Shown here in pieces: positions 28,067-40,547 of a DNA stretch of 64,000 nucleotides. The DNA is from Paramecium tetraurelia (lineage: Eukaryota). The notes under the pieces are model-generated. The model searched no databases, had not been told where the DNA came from, and saw only the letters and a list, made by a program, of their open reading frames with translations. Position numbers and translations under genes: made by a program. Numbering within the stretch: the stretch's first letter is position 1; each line of letters begins with the position of its first letter. The stretch spans positions 1 to 64,000 of the forward strand of contig CT868596.1 of the NCBI GenBank assembly GCA_000165425.1, in the 5' to 3' direction.

Positions 28067-28527
28067 TCAAATGAAGGGATTGCTTTCCTTGACTTTGTCA
28101 AACAATTCATGATATTTTTCTAATCCTTTCACGTCATCCTTGGTTGGTACTTAGACCAAGACGACACTTGTTGGCTTTTTAGTTTATGCAGCAGCCCCTA
28201 GAAGAATAACAAATTGATGATTACCTAATTCTAATCTGCTTCTCACATAAATGTAGGGAATTCCTAATTCCTCGCATTACAGTGGTAAATGAGACAATAC
28301 ATCTACGGGACTAATGTCAGCAGCAAAGACAACAATTCCAGTGGTCTTCTTTCTCAATGCTTTTCCGACTTCCTTCACTCCTCTTTTAATATGTTTAATG
28401 GTTATTTCTAAATCATCAATACATCATTACATCTGGCAATAAATCTAAGAAGTCCTTTCTATAATTTGCTGTTGGCTATTGGATTGGCAATGGGAGAGAC
28501 GTAAAATGTTTATTCTGCTTCTGTCAT
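28067..28527 (-). CDS. NHP2: H/ACA snoRNP subunit NHP2 (L7Ae family)
   Basis: SPIANPIA...IKRGVKEVGKALRK..GIVVFAADISPVDVLSHLPLQCEELGIPYIYVRSRLELGAAAQTKKPTSVV; two small introns. Confidence 0.92.
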
Positions 28528-28563
28528 AAATTAAAAATATAAATAACCATAAATTAAAATAAA

Positions 28564-30391
28564 ATGAACCTATTCAGACGAGTTTGCATCCCCTTATTGA
28601 GATAGGTACCTAAAATTGCTACTCCAAGAGTTGTGGCATTATCATTATTAACTTCTCACTTAATTTTGTTTCCTAAGAAAGTCAATGCATCTACCGTACC
28701 CAATCCAGAAGGATCAAGCAATGGTTTCAATAAATATGAAAAATTCTCTGATTAAATTTATGAATAAATTCATTAAGTAAATTCGTAGTGTTAATCAAGA
28801 CTCACGATATAATCATCGTAGTGGATCCAGACAGATTTGTGGAGCATTTTTTGGATGAATTGCTTCAAGTGGTTGATTAAGTGGTGAAAGTGTAAAGAGT
28901 AAGGTCAAAGAGACCCCTAAAGGTATTGACTTTGAATGAACCGATCACAGAAAAATTGGTAAGGGACTTCGAGTAAAAGTACAAAATTACAATTGAATAG
29001 GATACTATTATGCTTTTGAAGAATAAATATATTCAAAGGATATATAATTTCAATGCAAATGATTATTTTGAGAATAGAATTCTTTTGGTCAATTATTTTA
29101 AGAAGATTAATAAGTTAACCCAAAAAAAGTTAAATGAATTTGAGTAAATTTTATCATATCTACCATCTACAGAAACTGCAGTTTTAGTTTATGCTGACAA
29201 ATCATCGCCGCAATACAAGAATGTATAAACAAGGTTTTGCATTATGCAATAAAACGATAACTATCAAAAGAATGAAAAATTGCATTGGATTCTAATTGAC
29301 AAAGCTGTTGCAGAGAAATTAGGTGTCCAGGACATCTAAAATGGACAATTGTTTTTCTTATAGAAGAGCAGTAAATTAAATAACTTCTAATCCTCCATAA
29401 CTATCAACAATAAAAAGTTACTAATTACACCAGCAGGCACTTTAGGAGGCAAATCAGTGGATAATGTAATGGAGGACTTGACAAAGGCATATAATGATGC
29501 GAATGTGTTTTCAAATAGAAGCTTTGGTAAGTCCTTTACCAAGTATTCAATTGTACTAGAATTGGATTTGAATAAAATACCAAAACATGAGGAAACAAGA
29601 TTAGTAAAGGCTTTTGGAGAATTGAAAAAATATTTAAAGGAGACTAACCCCGAAATATTGGATAAGACTGAGTTTATCTACTTGAATAAGACTCCCAAAG
29701 ATAATCATTTGGGTTATTAAGTATATGTAAGGGATGATCAAAAATATGGGGATCGATTGAGACAACATCAAGAAACCGATATTAATGTCATGCAGAAACT
29801 AAGTGTATTCAATGAGTTTGGATAAGCTCATAGTTACATCTATAGATTAGATGAATAAATATAGGTAAGCAAGGATTCTTTGATTTCATTTTTCATGGCT
29901 GTAAAGAATGGACATGCAAATGAATATTTCTAAACTCAAGAATAGCCTAAATACAAAAAGTACTCCATAAAACTAGTGGGTAAGACATTCTAAAAGGAAG
30001 TCATGGAAAGCAACAAAGATTTTGCAATATTTTAGTATTCAAAGAATTGTCATGCATGTGGAGAATATGGTTAATATTTTGAAAATTTAGCATTGGAATC
30101 ATACAAATAAGAACATCCTACTATGACTTTTGGAAGAATGAACAATGATCACAATAAACCATCATGTATCCAAGATTTCCCATACACACCAGTATTTATG
30201 GTCTGTAAAAAAGGAATTCAACATATTCCATATGTTTATAGGTAATACTTAAATTTAAATGAAGAAACCAGAAATTCACTCCAGATCTATTGAAAAGCTT
30301 TTTCAGCGTAACAAATGCCATTAATTTAATTCCTGAAGATTAATATTAAAAATTGTAGACTGACAGAGCTTTATTCACGTAAAATCAATGA
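28564..30391 (+). CDS. Thioredoxin-fold (PDI-like) protein with C-terminal CHAC motif and mitochondrial-type N-terminus
   Basis: N-terminus MNLFRRVCIPLLRQVPKIATPR; C-terminal IKLVGKTFQKEVMESNKDFAIFQYSKNCHACGEY...FGRMNNDHN...PYTPVF; no KDEL-like tail. Confidence 0.75.
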
Positions 30392-30493
30392 GTATTAATA
30401 ATTTATGATTTATTCTTTATTTATATTTCCGCATGATATTAAATATATTGTGTTTTTTTGCATATTATTATTATTAAACTCAGATCTACTCTC

Positions 30494-32202
30494 TCATAAT
30501 TTGAGTACGGAGTCCAAATACAATTTAAGGGCATTTCCTGCAAACTTAGAGTCAGGTATTTTTTGTGTCGTTCCATACAATGCACCCATATCACCTCCCT
30601 TTTTGTATTGTGATGGATTAGCTTTGATCTAAAAATTAAGAATAAAGTTACTTCTTAAATTGCTTCTTTAATCTCTTAAACAAACTGCTTTAGATTTTGA
30701 ATATTCTATTGTGTAACACTAATATGTATTCCATTTGGATTCTGAGTTGTATTGAGGTTCCACCCTTTGGAAGTAAGGATTTGATGAATTGAATAGACAT
30801 TAATGTTTCCCTTGCTTTTAAAACAAACACAATTGATTCTTGGTTGACCACACACTTCTAATTCTGGTATTTCATTGATTTATTTGGCCAATTAAATTGT
30901 AGCATTGATAATTTATTTACTCAATTCAGCATATCTCTTTCTACCTATGGCTAACATAGTAAACCAGGCTCCAGCAGCTCCAATTCCTGTTTTAGAACCT
31001 TAAGTTGTTGGCACTGCATAAGCACCACCTGACCATGTGGCTGTAGAAAAGAATGCATACTGTCTCAATTAACGGGTTTTAAATAAAACTGTTGAAACAC
31101 CTTTTGGTGCTAATCCATGTTTGTGTTGATCGCAAGAAATACTGGTAACACCATCTAAAGTGAAATCAAACTTTCCGTAATTCATTTCTTTGGCAAATGC
31201 CACAATGAATCCACCCAAACAAGCATCAACGTGAAAACCTACCTTCTTCTTCTTAGCAATAGCAGCTAATTCTTCAATTGGGTCTTATGTTCCATATGGG
31301 AAGTTGGGCATTGATCCAACAATACAGATTGTATTAGAATTGATATGGCTTTTAAGATCCTTAAGATCAACACTAAATGTTTTTTAATTAACTTTAGCTG
31401 TTCTCACTTGAACCTTAAAGTACTCTGCTGCCTTATAAAATGCTGCATGTGCTGTTTCTGGAATCACCCTTAAATAAACTAATAAAATTACATATTTGGT
31501 TAAGTGATGCCTTTTTCTGCTTCTCCCCAATTGCGATAGGCCAGAATGGCTAACAATATTGATTCAGTGCCACCTGTAGTTAGCATTCCAATGCTCTCCT
31601 TTTCCTAACCAAATAATTCTCCTGTCATCTTTATTACTTCTGCTTCCAATTGTCTTGATGCTGGCCATAAATCAGCATGCATAGGATTGGAATATAAGAA
31701 ATTCTTAGTGAATTCCTAACATTCTTCAATAAATTTCTCATCTTTGTGAACATAAAGGGATCCAGATACTTTACCACTGTAATAATTCTTACTATCACGT
31801 TCAATCCAACTCTTCAACCTGTCATTTATTTTATCATAACCCATACCGTTTTCTGGTATCTTAAATGTTTTATTGGTGGTGTGTTTATCAAGAGAGTGTG
31901 AAAAAGATTTGAGTGCTTCTTCTTTCTTTTTTTCCAAAAATGATGAGACTCCAGGACAATAATTTATTAAGCTCATAAATAACTACGATTTAAAAAATGA
32001 CCAATGGCCTCTATTAGAATGATATTTTACTTTGATTGTAGTCTCTACTTGGCAATCTGATGCGATTTAGGATGAAATGCAAAATAAATGTAATCAAGAA
32101 CCCAAATATGACGATATCGAATTCATCCAGCTGAGTTTACCACTTAATTGAGTTTTTGAGTGATGAATAGACCTGCTTTACAAAATCTATTGTTTAATAC
32201 AT
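30494..32202 (-). CDS. SGPL1: Sphingosine-1-phosphate lyase (PLP-dependent)
   Basis: N-terminal TM; motifs [47 protein letters not shown] and [17 protein letters not shown] (PLP lysine). Confidence 0.93.
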
Positions 32203-32213
32203 ATAATTAAAAA

Positions 32214-35200
32214 ATGTCGATTATGAATCATAAGAAGTCTTAATTAGAAAAAGGAACTTCGTAAGAAATGGAATACAAGTTCAAAATATCACTATTTAAC
32301 GTTATGCATAATATCATACAGAATAATCTCTGCAACACTTTCATTTATTGTTTGCTGCTAAGCATCGAAAATTTGTAACTAATGTACTATCCCATTCATC
32401 CAGTTATAGATTTTTTATGGGATGGTCAAGGACTGAATTATTTCAGGATCATTCTCCGCTACTTTCAATTCAATTATCTTATAGATTAAGGAGTAACCAT
32501 ATTCATAATTTTATTATACATTTCATTTGGAGTAATGGTCATTATTGGTTTGATATTCTTCATTAGTTAATATTCATTAAGCCAATTAAAATATCAGGAA
32601 CAACAATCTGGATTACTTGTTTTTAGTTTCAAATTGTTGTCCTTGTTACTTATTATTTTGAATACTATACTGGCACTACCTTTCTATAACATCTTTTTGG
32701 CTACTATCTATTGTAGATCAGATTCAGCTGCTGGGGCTGATTTGGGTTGCTATCAAGGCATTCACATTTTACATATGATCGTGGCTATAATTGGAATAGT
32801 GTTACTAATATTTTTTCATTTTTCAACGACATTGTTGTACTTTGATTTGAAGTATAGATTTTATTGATAAAAGTCCAAAATCAAAATTCCCTTTCAATGG
32901 CTATTAATCTGATGCTGAATATGCTAGGATGCTTTTTAAATTCGTAATTCCTTTTCTAATTATTTTTAATGCTCCAGGTACTTACAACAGTGAAATGGTT
33001 GTGTTATTTGGGGTTGGAGATCTCATCCTCCTATTCTCTAGATACAATTACCCGAAAGGATACAATAATTTCATGTATTTATGAATAATTTGATAATTAG
33101 ACATTTCTACAAAATCACACTAGAAATAATAGTTTTATGGATCAATATATGCGTTATAATTACTGACTTCTTGGATACTGGATCCCCTGATGAAATGGGT
33201 TTGTTATACTTATTTGTTTTGATACCATGTGTAGTATTTGGAGGTTTGTATGCTTTCAAAACTATTCTAAAAGAATCGATGACATTTTCAATTAAAAACC
33301 TTAAAAATGAGGAAGAAGCAGATAACTATTTGAACACTCTGTTATAATTGATTTTGGATCGTCAATCTCCAAACACTAAAATAAAGTTGATTGGTGTATT
33401 AAAATTGCATTACATATCTTGTACAAAAACAGTATGTGCATGCAAATCGTTAATTTCATAAGACCACAAGAAGGAGGAGGTTAATCAAGAAAATGAGAAT
33501 TGGATGAAGTTTTTGGGATCCATCTTGGATGACATCATGGCAGATGAAAAGTTTAAAGAGAACGCTAGATTCAAAATATTTTATGCTTATTTATGCAATG
33601 ACGAATTAAAGAATAAATATAATGCTCTACATTATATGATGAAGGCTGAAGATACAAAAAATCATACTTTGAGAGATGAATTTTGTTTATTCCGTTTCAA
33701 ATAACATATAGAATACGAAATGCAAGAGGATTCCGAGAAAGCTCAAGATATCGATGTTAATTCAATAGTCTTCTTCTAAAATCAATTGGTTATTTTAACC
33801 AGTATGATATAGAAGAGTGCAGAGTCACACTTAGAATTTTGGAGAGAACTGTAAGAGGACTATCCAAATATACTAAAGTTATAGAATATTGGAATGAAAG
33901 TATTGCAATAGATCGATCTCTGCGATGAAGCATATTAGGAACTAGTGGAGATCAACAATAACAATTTAAATTTATTAGAATTTTACAATGCATACTTACA
34001 ATAGGTAGTGCACGATAAGGAATAACATGAACAATTGTCTTAATAGATAAGTTAAATTAAGAAGGCTATATTTTAAAGAAGGTAAGGGGCAGGATAAGAG
34101 TCGAGGATAACTGAATCGCAGGAGACAATAATCATAACAATGAGTGGAAATGTGGGTAGTATAGGAATAGTGGCTAGTTGTAATAATGAGATCTAAAAGT
34201 CTTTGGGTTATCCTGCTTCAGATTTATTTGAGTCGAATGTAAGCAAGATTATGCCCAAAATCATAGGAGATCAACATAATCAGTTAGTTGAAAATTATAT
34301 GAGAACAAACAATTCAAATATAATAGGAATGGAACGCTTTGTACTTGCTTAGAATAGTCAATAATTTTTGGTGCCCTGCAAATTGATGGTCAAGGTATTA
34401 CCAAACTTAGATAAAGGTATACTTTTGGTTGGATTCTTAAAGCCATTAGAGAAATTGCCTGGAACTCATTATATGATATATGATGCAATTTCATAACAAA
34501 TTTTGAATTTTAGTGAATCAATCAAAGAACTAGGTATAAAAATTTAGAACATTGCAATGACAGGTGCTTAAGAGTAATCTAAATTTTCATTTGGAGCAGT
34601 TTTTAAAGAATTGGGTGATATTATAAATAACCCTCTAAATTAAAATGATTAGCCATTAAAAACTTTGTTGTATAAGTAAGAAGGTGATATATATTCAGTT
34701 GAAACTACTATAAATATTAAACATATTAATGATACTCTGGTGTAAATCAATCATGATTAAGAAAATAAGAAATTGGGAAGCACTGCAATAGATTAAGAGA
34801 ATATGTATACGAACAATGATTGCAAAAAGGTTAAGATAGAATTGATAGAAGAGAGATTCCCATTGGCAGATGATGGTTAACCAGCAGGAGGGAACATATA
34901 TCATATAATAGTGATTCGAGAGGATATTGATTAGGAGAAAATAAATTATGGAAAATCATAAATAAAACAGAGATTGGATGAGACCAAAAATATGATCGTC
35001 TAATAAAAATCGATTGAAGAAGTAGAAGACATATAAAAGAATCATCAATCTTCAATTGAGGACGACCAAGATGAAAACAAGTAGAATAAAGATATCAGAA
35101 GTGCTTTAGAATAATCCAAAACTCCAAAGTAGATCATTTATCTTAGATATTTGTCTTTAATTTTATTTTTATCAACATTGGCCTTGTCTATAAGTAAATT

Positions 35201-37054
35201 GGTGTTGTCTTTGCAATAATCAGTCTTAGTAGATGAGGGTGTGAGTGCAATACGTTAAGCTCATCGAAGACATTCATTAATGGCAGACATCAATTTGTAC
35301 AGTCGGTATTTACATTTAACATCCTTTGGATATTTTGATTCATCTTTAGAAGGAGCATTCAAAGCCAATATTAGTATATTAGTTGATAAGTTATAGCTGA
35401 TATAATTCGATATGATTGAATTTAGAATTAAAGTGGAAAGCAGAAGTGGCGAATAAATAGATGATGATTAATATGATGTAGTATTTCTGCTTTCAAATAA
35501 CGAAACAAAGTTGTATGGTAACATATTTAACGATGCTATCTTTGCTTATATTACATCAGCTTCTTCATTCAAAAAGGCCACTCTTTCTTAATTTAATGAT
35601 ACCACCAATTCTAGTAGTGTTGCTAAGAATCTGTTTTATGTAGTGGAAAATGGTTTAGATGTTCTCAGAAATGGATCTGAAAGAATAGCAGATAAATTTT
35701 ATGATTTTTATTTTGAACAAGTAGACTCCTAAACTATTAATGCTGTCATCATTCTAATCACAGCCTTAGTTATCATTGTTATTTGTGAGGTCATTTATGT
35801 TCCTATATTCATGAGCATCTTCAATGAACGAAAACGATTAATCAGCTATTTTGGCATGATCTCAAATGATGATATCAAGAATTTAATTGATCAGGGAGAT
35901 ACATTTATTCAAGATCACATTACCAAATTTAAGAGTTCTGATGAAATTTATTAGGTTGATTAACCTCAATAACAAAATTTAGTTGAAAGCTCTTTGAATT
36001 AAGATCAAAGTCAAGATGTGATTGAAAGTCCAAAATAAAAAGTGGAAAAAGAGTAAAGGAAATCCCTTTTTGATTAATCAAAGGAGAAACATCAAAGAAT
36101 CTATGAAAGTAAAGGTGGTACTCATTATCTATTAATATTTTCATTCATCTGTATTGGCTCACTTTTGATGATCGAATATATCGTTATGTATGTCTTAGAA
36201 GATCAATCAATCAGTGATGCAAAATTAATAATGGATCATTACCTGTTCATCTCTCGACGAGCAAGTATCATAAAATTTAATATACTTTTTACCTTGGAAT
36301 CTTTGGTTAATAATGGTCAATCAAGAGTATATATGGATAATGACTTGAATAAATATTATAATGAGAAGGTGTACTCAAATGAACAGGATCTATTCAAGAC
36401 TTTAATTAACACCTATCCCTCTTCATTTGATGATTACTTTGCCTTCTTCAACAATGTCAATTTCTTAAATGTTTGTGAGCATATAACATGGATCAAGTCA
36501 CTCCAATTGATTACCTAATCCTTCATCTTTGTGGATACAGTTGATAATTTTACGAATTATACCTTCTCCTAATCAGAATTAGATCAGGAATGCAATACAG
36601 TGAAAGAAGGAATCCTTACGAAAGGGTTAAGAGACTCCATTTTCTTGGTTGCTTTGAGAAACAATGAACAGTTGGCAAGGTTTTCAAATCTGCAAGAGAG
36701 TTTGAATTCATTCTAAATACAAGAACTATTGCGCAAATACATTTTGCCTACTTTTTGGGAGAATAACAATATTTTTTAAATTTGCTTTTATGAGTAAGGA
36801 ATTTTAGTTTATATTTCATTAGTTTCTTAGATATTCGTGATTCTATATAGATCTATAATTTCGTTGGGTTTGTTGGATTTTTAATTTTGATATTTTTATT
36901 TTTGTGGATCTCTTATATTGCTAAGGTTCAAGCTGGAATTCAATAATAAATGAGAATGCTCACTCTGATCCCAGATGATCTTATAGATAAATACGCAAAG
37001 CTCAAAGAAGCTATAGAATTTCATGTATTAGGAATTCAGCAAATGTAATAATGA
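32214..37054 (+). CDS. Large polytopic PAS-domain protein (TmcB/TmcC-like)
   Basis: N-terminal multi-TM region; HLEFWREL helical region; PAS IGIVASCNNEIQKSLGY...NVSKIMPKIIGDQHNQLVENYM; later TM pairs; C-terminal MLTLIP; TGA at 37052-37054. Confidence 0.85.
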
Positions 37055-37080
37055 AATAATCATATAATAATAATATAATT

Positions 37081-38844
37081 ATGTACAACCCAGTTGAGTA
37101 TTATTATTCCAATGATTATTATGTGACCCAAATCACTAAGCCAGAAAGTACTAGAAATAATACTTCCTATTCGCCTAGAAAACTCATCATGGGATATTGG
37201 AAGAAGGATTATAAATCATTTATTAAACAAAGGACCATGAATTTGGAATCTAAGGAAATCCAGCCTCATTCAGCTAAGTAAAAAGGTATGAAATAATCAT
37301 TCACTCGATTGGCAGAATCTATTTTAAATGCTAGTAATTGTTTTGAAAATATCCCAAATAGATAGACAAAGACAGATAGATTTGTCAAAAAATTGAAAAA
37401 TAACATAACCACTCCTTCGCCATCACATTCTAAAGGGCATAATCATGAGGTTCGCAAAATTCCAGGTCGTCTTTATAAAGGAACGCTTCTCAAAAATTTA
37501 GATAACACAACAAATTCATTTGAAAAGTCTTATATTTTGGATTCAAAAAAGGAGTTTGGATATTCTACAATGAGTCCAAAAACTACAAAGAAAGACAAAA
37601 GTTAAGAATAACTTAGATAAAAGCATAAACAAATTTCAAATACAGAATAAGTAGTAACACCTTACAAAGAACTTAAATAATAACTGACCATAAGAAGATC
37701 GACATTGAATAATACAAACTCCACAATCTCTTTAAAGAAAACAATTTATAACGTTGTTGATGAAAAATTAGAAGGTATGAAACTAGAATGCTTATTAATC
37801 AAACCCTGTCCAAATAATATCAACAATTTGGTTATGATTCAATTTGAAAATGTTTTAGGCTATGATGAATCTAGTTTTTTTGGTTTATAACCTGATTTTG
37901 TTGGAAGCAGGTAATATGAAGAATATTTAATATTGAGGGATCATTATTTTTAAAGAGCCACATCCACTTCATCCTTTTATGTGCACAAAAACATCAAAGA
38001 ACTTTTTAATTCTATATCTAGGGTTTATCAGATAGGCATTTATACACTCAATTATTCATCACTTCTCAAAGATCTTATCAATGAAAAAAAGCTAAAAATA
38101 AATGGTGCATTTTAAATAACTGATTACAAAATAGATACATTTGTAGTCGACATTACTACTGTCTTAACTAACTTTAAGATTAAGAATCCTCAATTATTAA
38201 TATTTATTCAACCCTTCTAATTACTCAATTTGTAAGAATTCTTTGTACCAAATCATACCAAAATTCCTTATTACGACTACTATGGATAAAGATTCTTCAT
38301 TCCTTTTACGAAGTCAATCCATCCCAATTAATATAGACTGTTAGCCTTACCAAGTTTGTAGATGTAAAATTTATTCAAAAATGAAGAGCAAAGTAAGGGA
38401 TTTTCATAGATTAATTATTTTATTGAGTAATTCACTCTTGCTTTGTAAAGTGAAAGTAACTTTGCCTAGTTTCTTAGCAAGAGTCAAAATAAAATTAGGT
38501 GCATTAATCAATCGTCATACTTTAGATAATTAAAACAACGATTGTTATAATCAGTTTATTTTATTGACACTTTAAAACTTAATCAAGATAAATGTGAGGA
38601 CCTCAAATTTAAAAAAAAAGAAAGCAATGATAAGTAATCTAACAAGAATGAGAATGCTAAGTAAATGGAAATTTTGTACAATGATATAATCAATAGAAAC
38701 AAAGAAATACTTGAAAAACTTAGGAATTTCAAATGCAACCCTCAAAATAATTTATCATAATTGCATTCAGAACTACAGCAACAGTTGATTAGATTAAATT
38801 ACTGCGAAATGTTTGTTGATTCTTGCTACTACTTGCCTTATTGA
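37081..38844 (+). CDS. Hypothetical protein
   Basis: Table-6 ORF from MYNPVEYYYSND to ...SCYYLPY*; three supplied ORF fragments fall in this frame. Confidence 0.7.
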
Positions 38845-38892
38845 TGTTTATAGATGTTTATTTAACTTTTATAATTTATATATACTTTCCAA

Positions 38893-39267
38893 TCATTTTC
38901 TAAATAACCATTTCTAATATCTGACAAGAACTTCTACAATGAGAGTTCCATTCTATCACAAGTGTATTTGAGCATGCTATTCGACTATTTGCACAACTAA
39001 GCACAACTGCAATCAATCTTATTTTCTTTTTTCGATCGTATAAGTTCTATTTTCCTTTATACTATTCGATGATCCTTTCTTTTTATTAATTTAAAAGCTT
39101 ATTTTTTCAATTCTGAAATGTTGAGCAGCATTCTCTTTAATTTATTCAAAATTCTCTTTATTTTATTCAGCCCTCTCTGTAGCCTAGTTCAATTATAAAG
39201 CATTCACCTCTGCTTTTTTGGCATTTACCATTTTATAGACTCTCTCTTTAGGATTAAAATCCACCAT
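38893..39267 (-). pseudogene. ATP6V1E: V-ATPase V1 subunit E pseudogene with a large internal deletion
   Basis: Fragments MVDFNPKERVYKMVNAKKAE/ATERAEQ..IKENAAQHFRIEK, KERIIEQYK and YTIEKR are joined almost directly to C-terminal VVLSCANSRIACSNTL, DRMELSLQKFLSDIRNG and LFRK*, in shifting frames. A 24-nt intron-like segment is retained. Confidence 0.85.
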
Positions 39268-39928
39268 ATTAATTAATTTATTGTAATAATAATCTATTCA
39301 TTTACATAATTCGTATCATAAAATCTTCGAATTTATACTCATTGTAATTTCTGGAATCTATTAAAGAGTAAATAAAATATTCTATGTAAAATTAATTATT
39401 ATATAATTTACTTATCTCTTTTGATTCTTATTGAGAGTTTTTTAAATTTTTTATAAACAACTTTTTCTGCTTTAGATCTAAGGAAATGGTGATATTTATT
39501 AGCAGAGTAGAACAAGTAACATTATTGAATTACTTGATTATTTACTATTGTTATTTATATGCAATTATGTAATTTCAGTACTTAATTTAATCATTCTTGT
39601 AGTTGCCATAATTTGAGTGGATTTTAAATACTTACATAGATGCATGCTAATCTTTTCATTAATAGACTATTTAGATTATCATTTAAAAAACGGATTGGGT
39701 AATTAATGATTATTTGGCATTTCATTTATATGATAAAGTAAAATCCATTTACTTATTATCTTTGATCTTAGGGCTAGTATGTTATTTGGATTTAATAATC
39801 GGTGCAAATGAAATTATGGAGATACGTCTATGCAATGGTAAAGTAGTAATGTAGATTGATATAAAACTATATATGATTATTTGGAAAAAAACAAATAAAT
39901 ATTTCATTATTTTGTCATTGTAATGAAT

Positions 39929-40299
39929 TCAGCTTGAATAGTTTTCCAGAGGAAAATCATCAATAGGTTATTGGAAATTATATTCACTGTCTTCAAAAGT
40001 TTCGGATTCACTTTTGATCAGATTTACAATAAATGCTGAATGAGATTAAGGAATATTTTCCTTCCATTATACAATTTACTTATTTTTTGAATAGACTACG
40101 AATAATACGAGTAAATATTACATTCCACTCGCTTTTGGATTAAAGAGAGAATTGATTATTCTTAATCGGTCGCCTTGGCCTGCATCAAACTTAAGGATTC
40201 ATAATGTTTTTAAATCCTCAAAGGTATGCTTCTATGCTTCTTTATCTTTTTCTGTAGCTTGATTTGAAAGAAGCCCTCAGATTCATCGTCTTCAATCAT
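39929..40299 (-). CDS. Small hypothetical protein (~114 aa)
   Basis: MIEDDESEGFFQIKLQKK... with one 26-nt GTA...TAG intron, ending DDFPLENYSS*. Confidence 0.6.
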
Positions 40300-40547
40300 T
40301 TTTTTATTAATTTAATGTCTAATATCTATGGGGATATCTTAGAGAATTTAACTCATATGCTTTTAAAGATATTAGCAAATAATCCATATTAATGACTTAT
40401 TGTCAAAAGACAATTATTACTTGTATCATTTTCAAGACGAGATGGAACCATTGGGAAAGCACAATACTTATGGAGTTAATAATAAATGGTAGAATATATA
40501 TATTCGATTTATTGTGTAAATACTAACATATTTCATTGGCATTGCTA

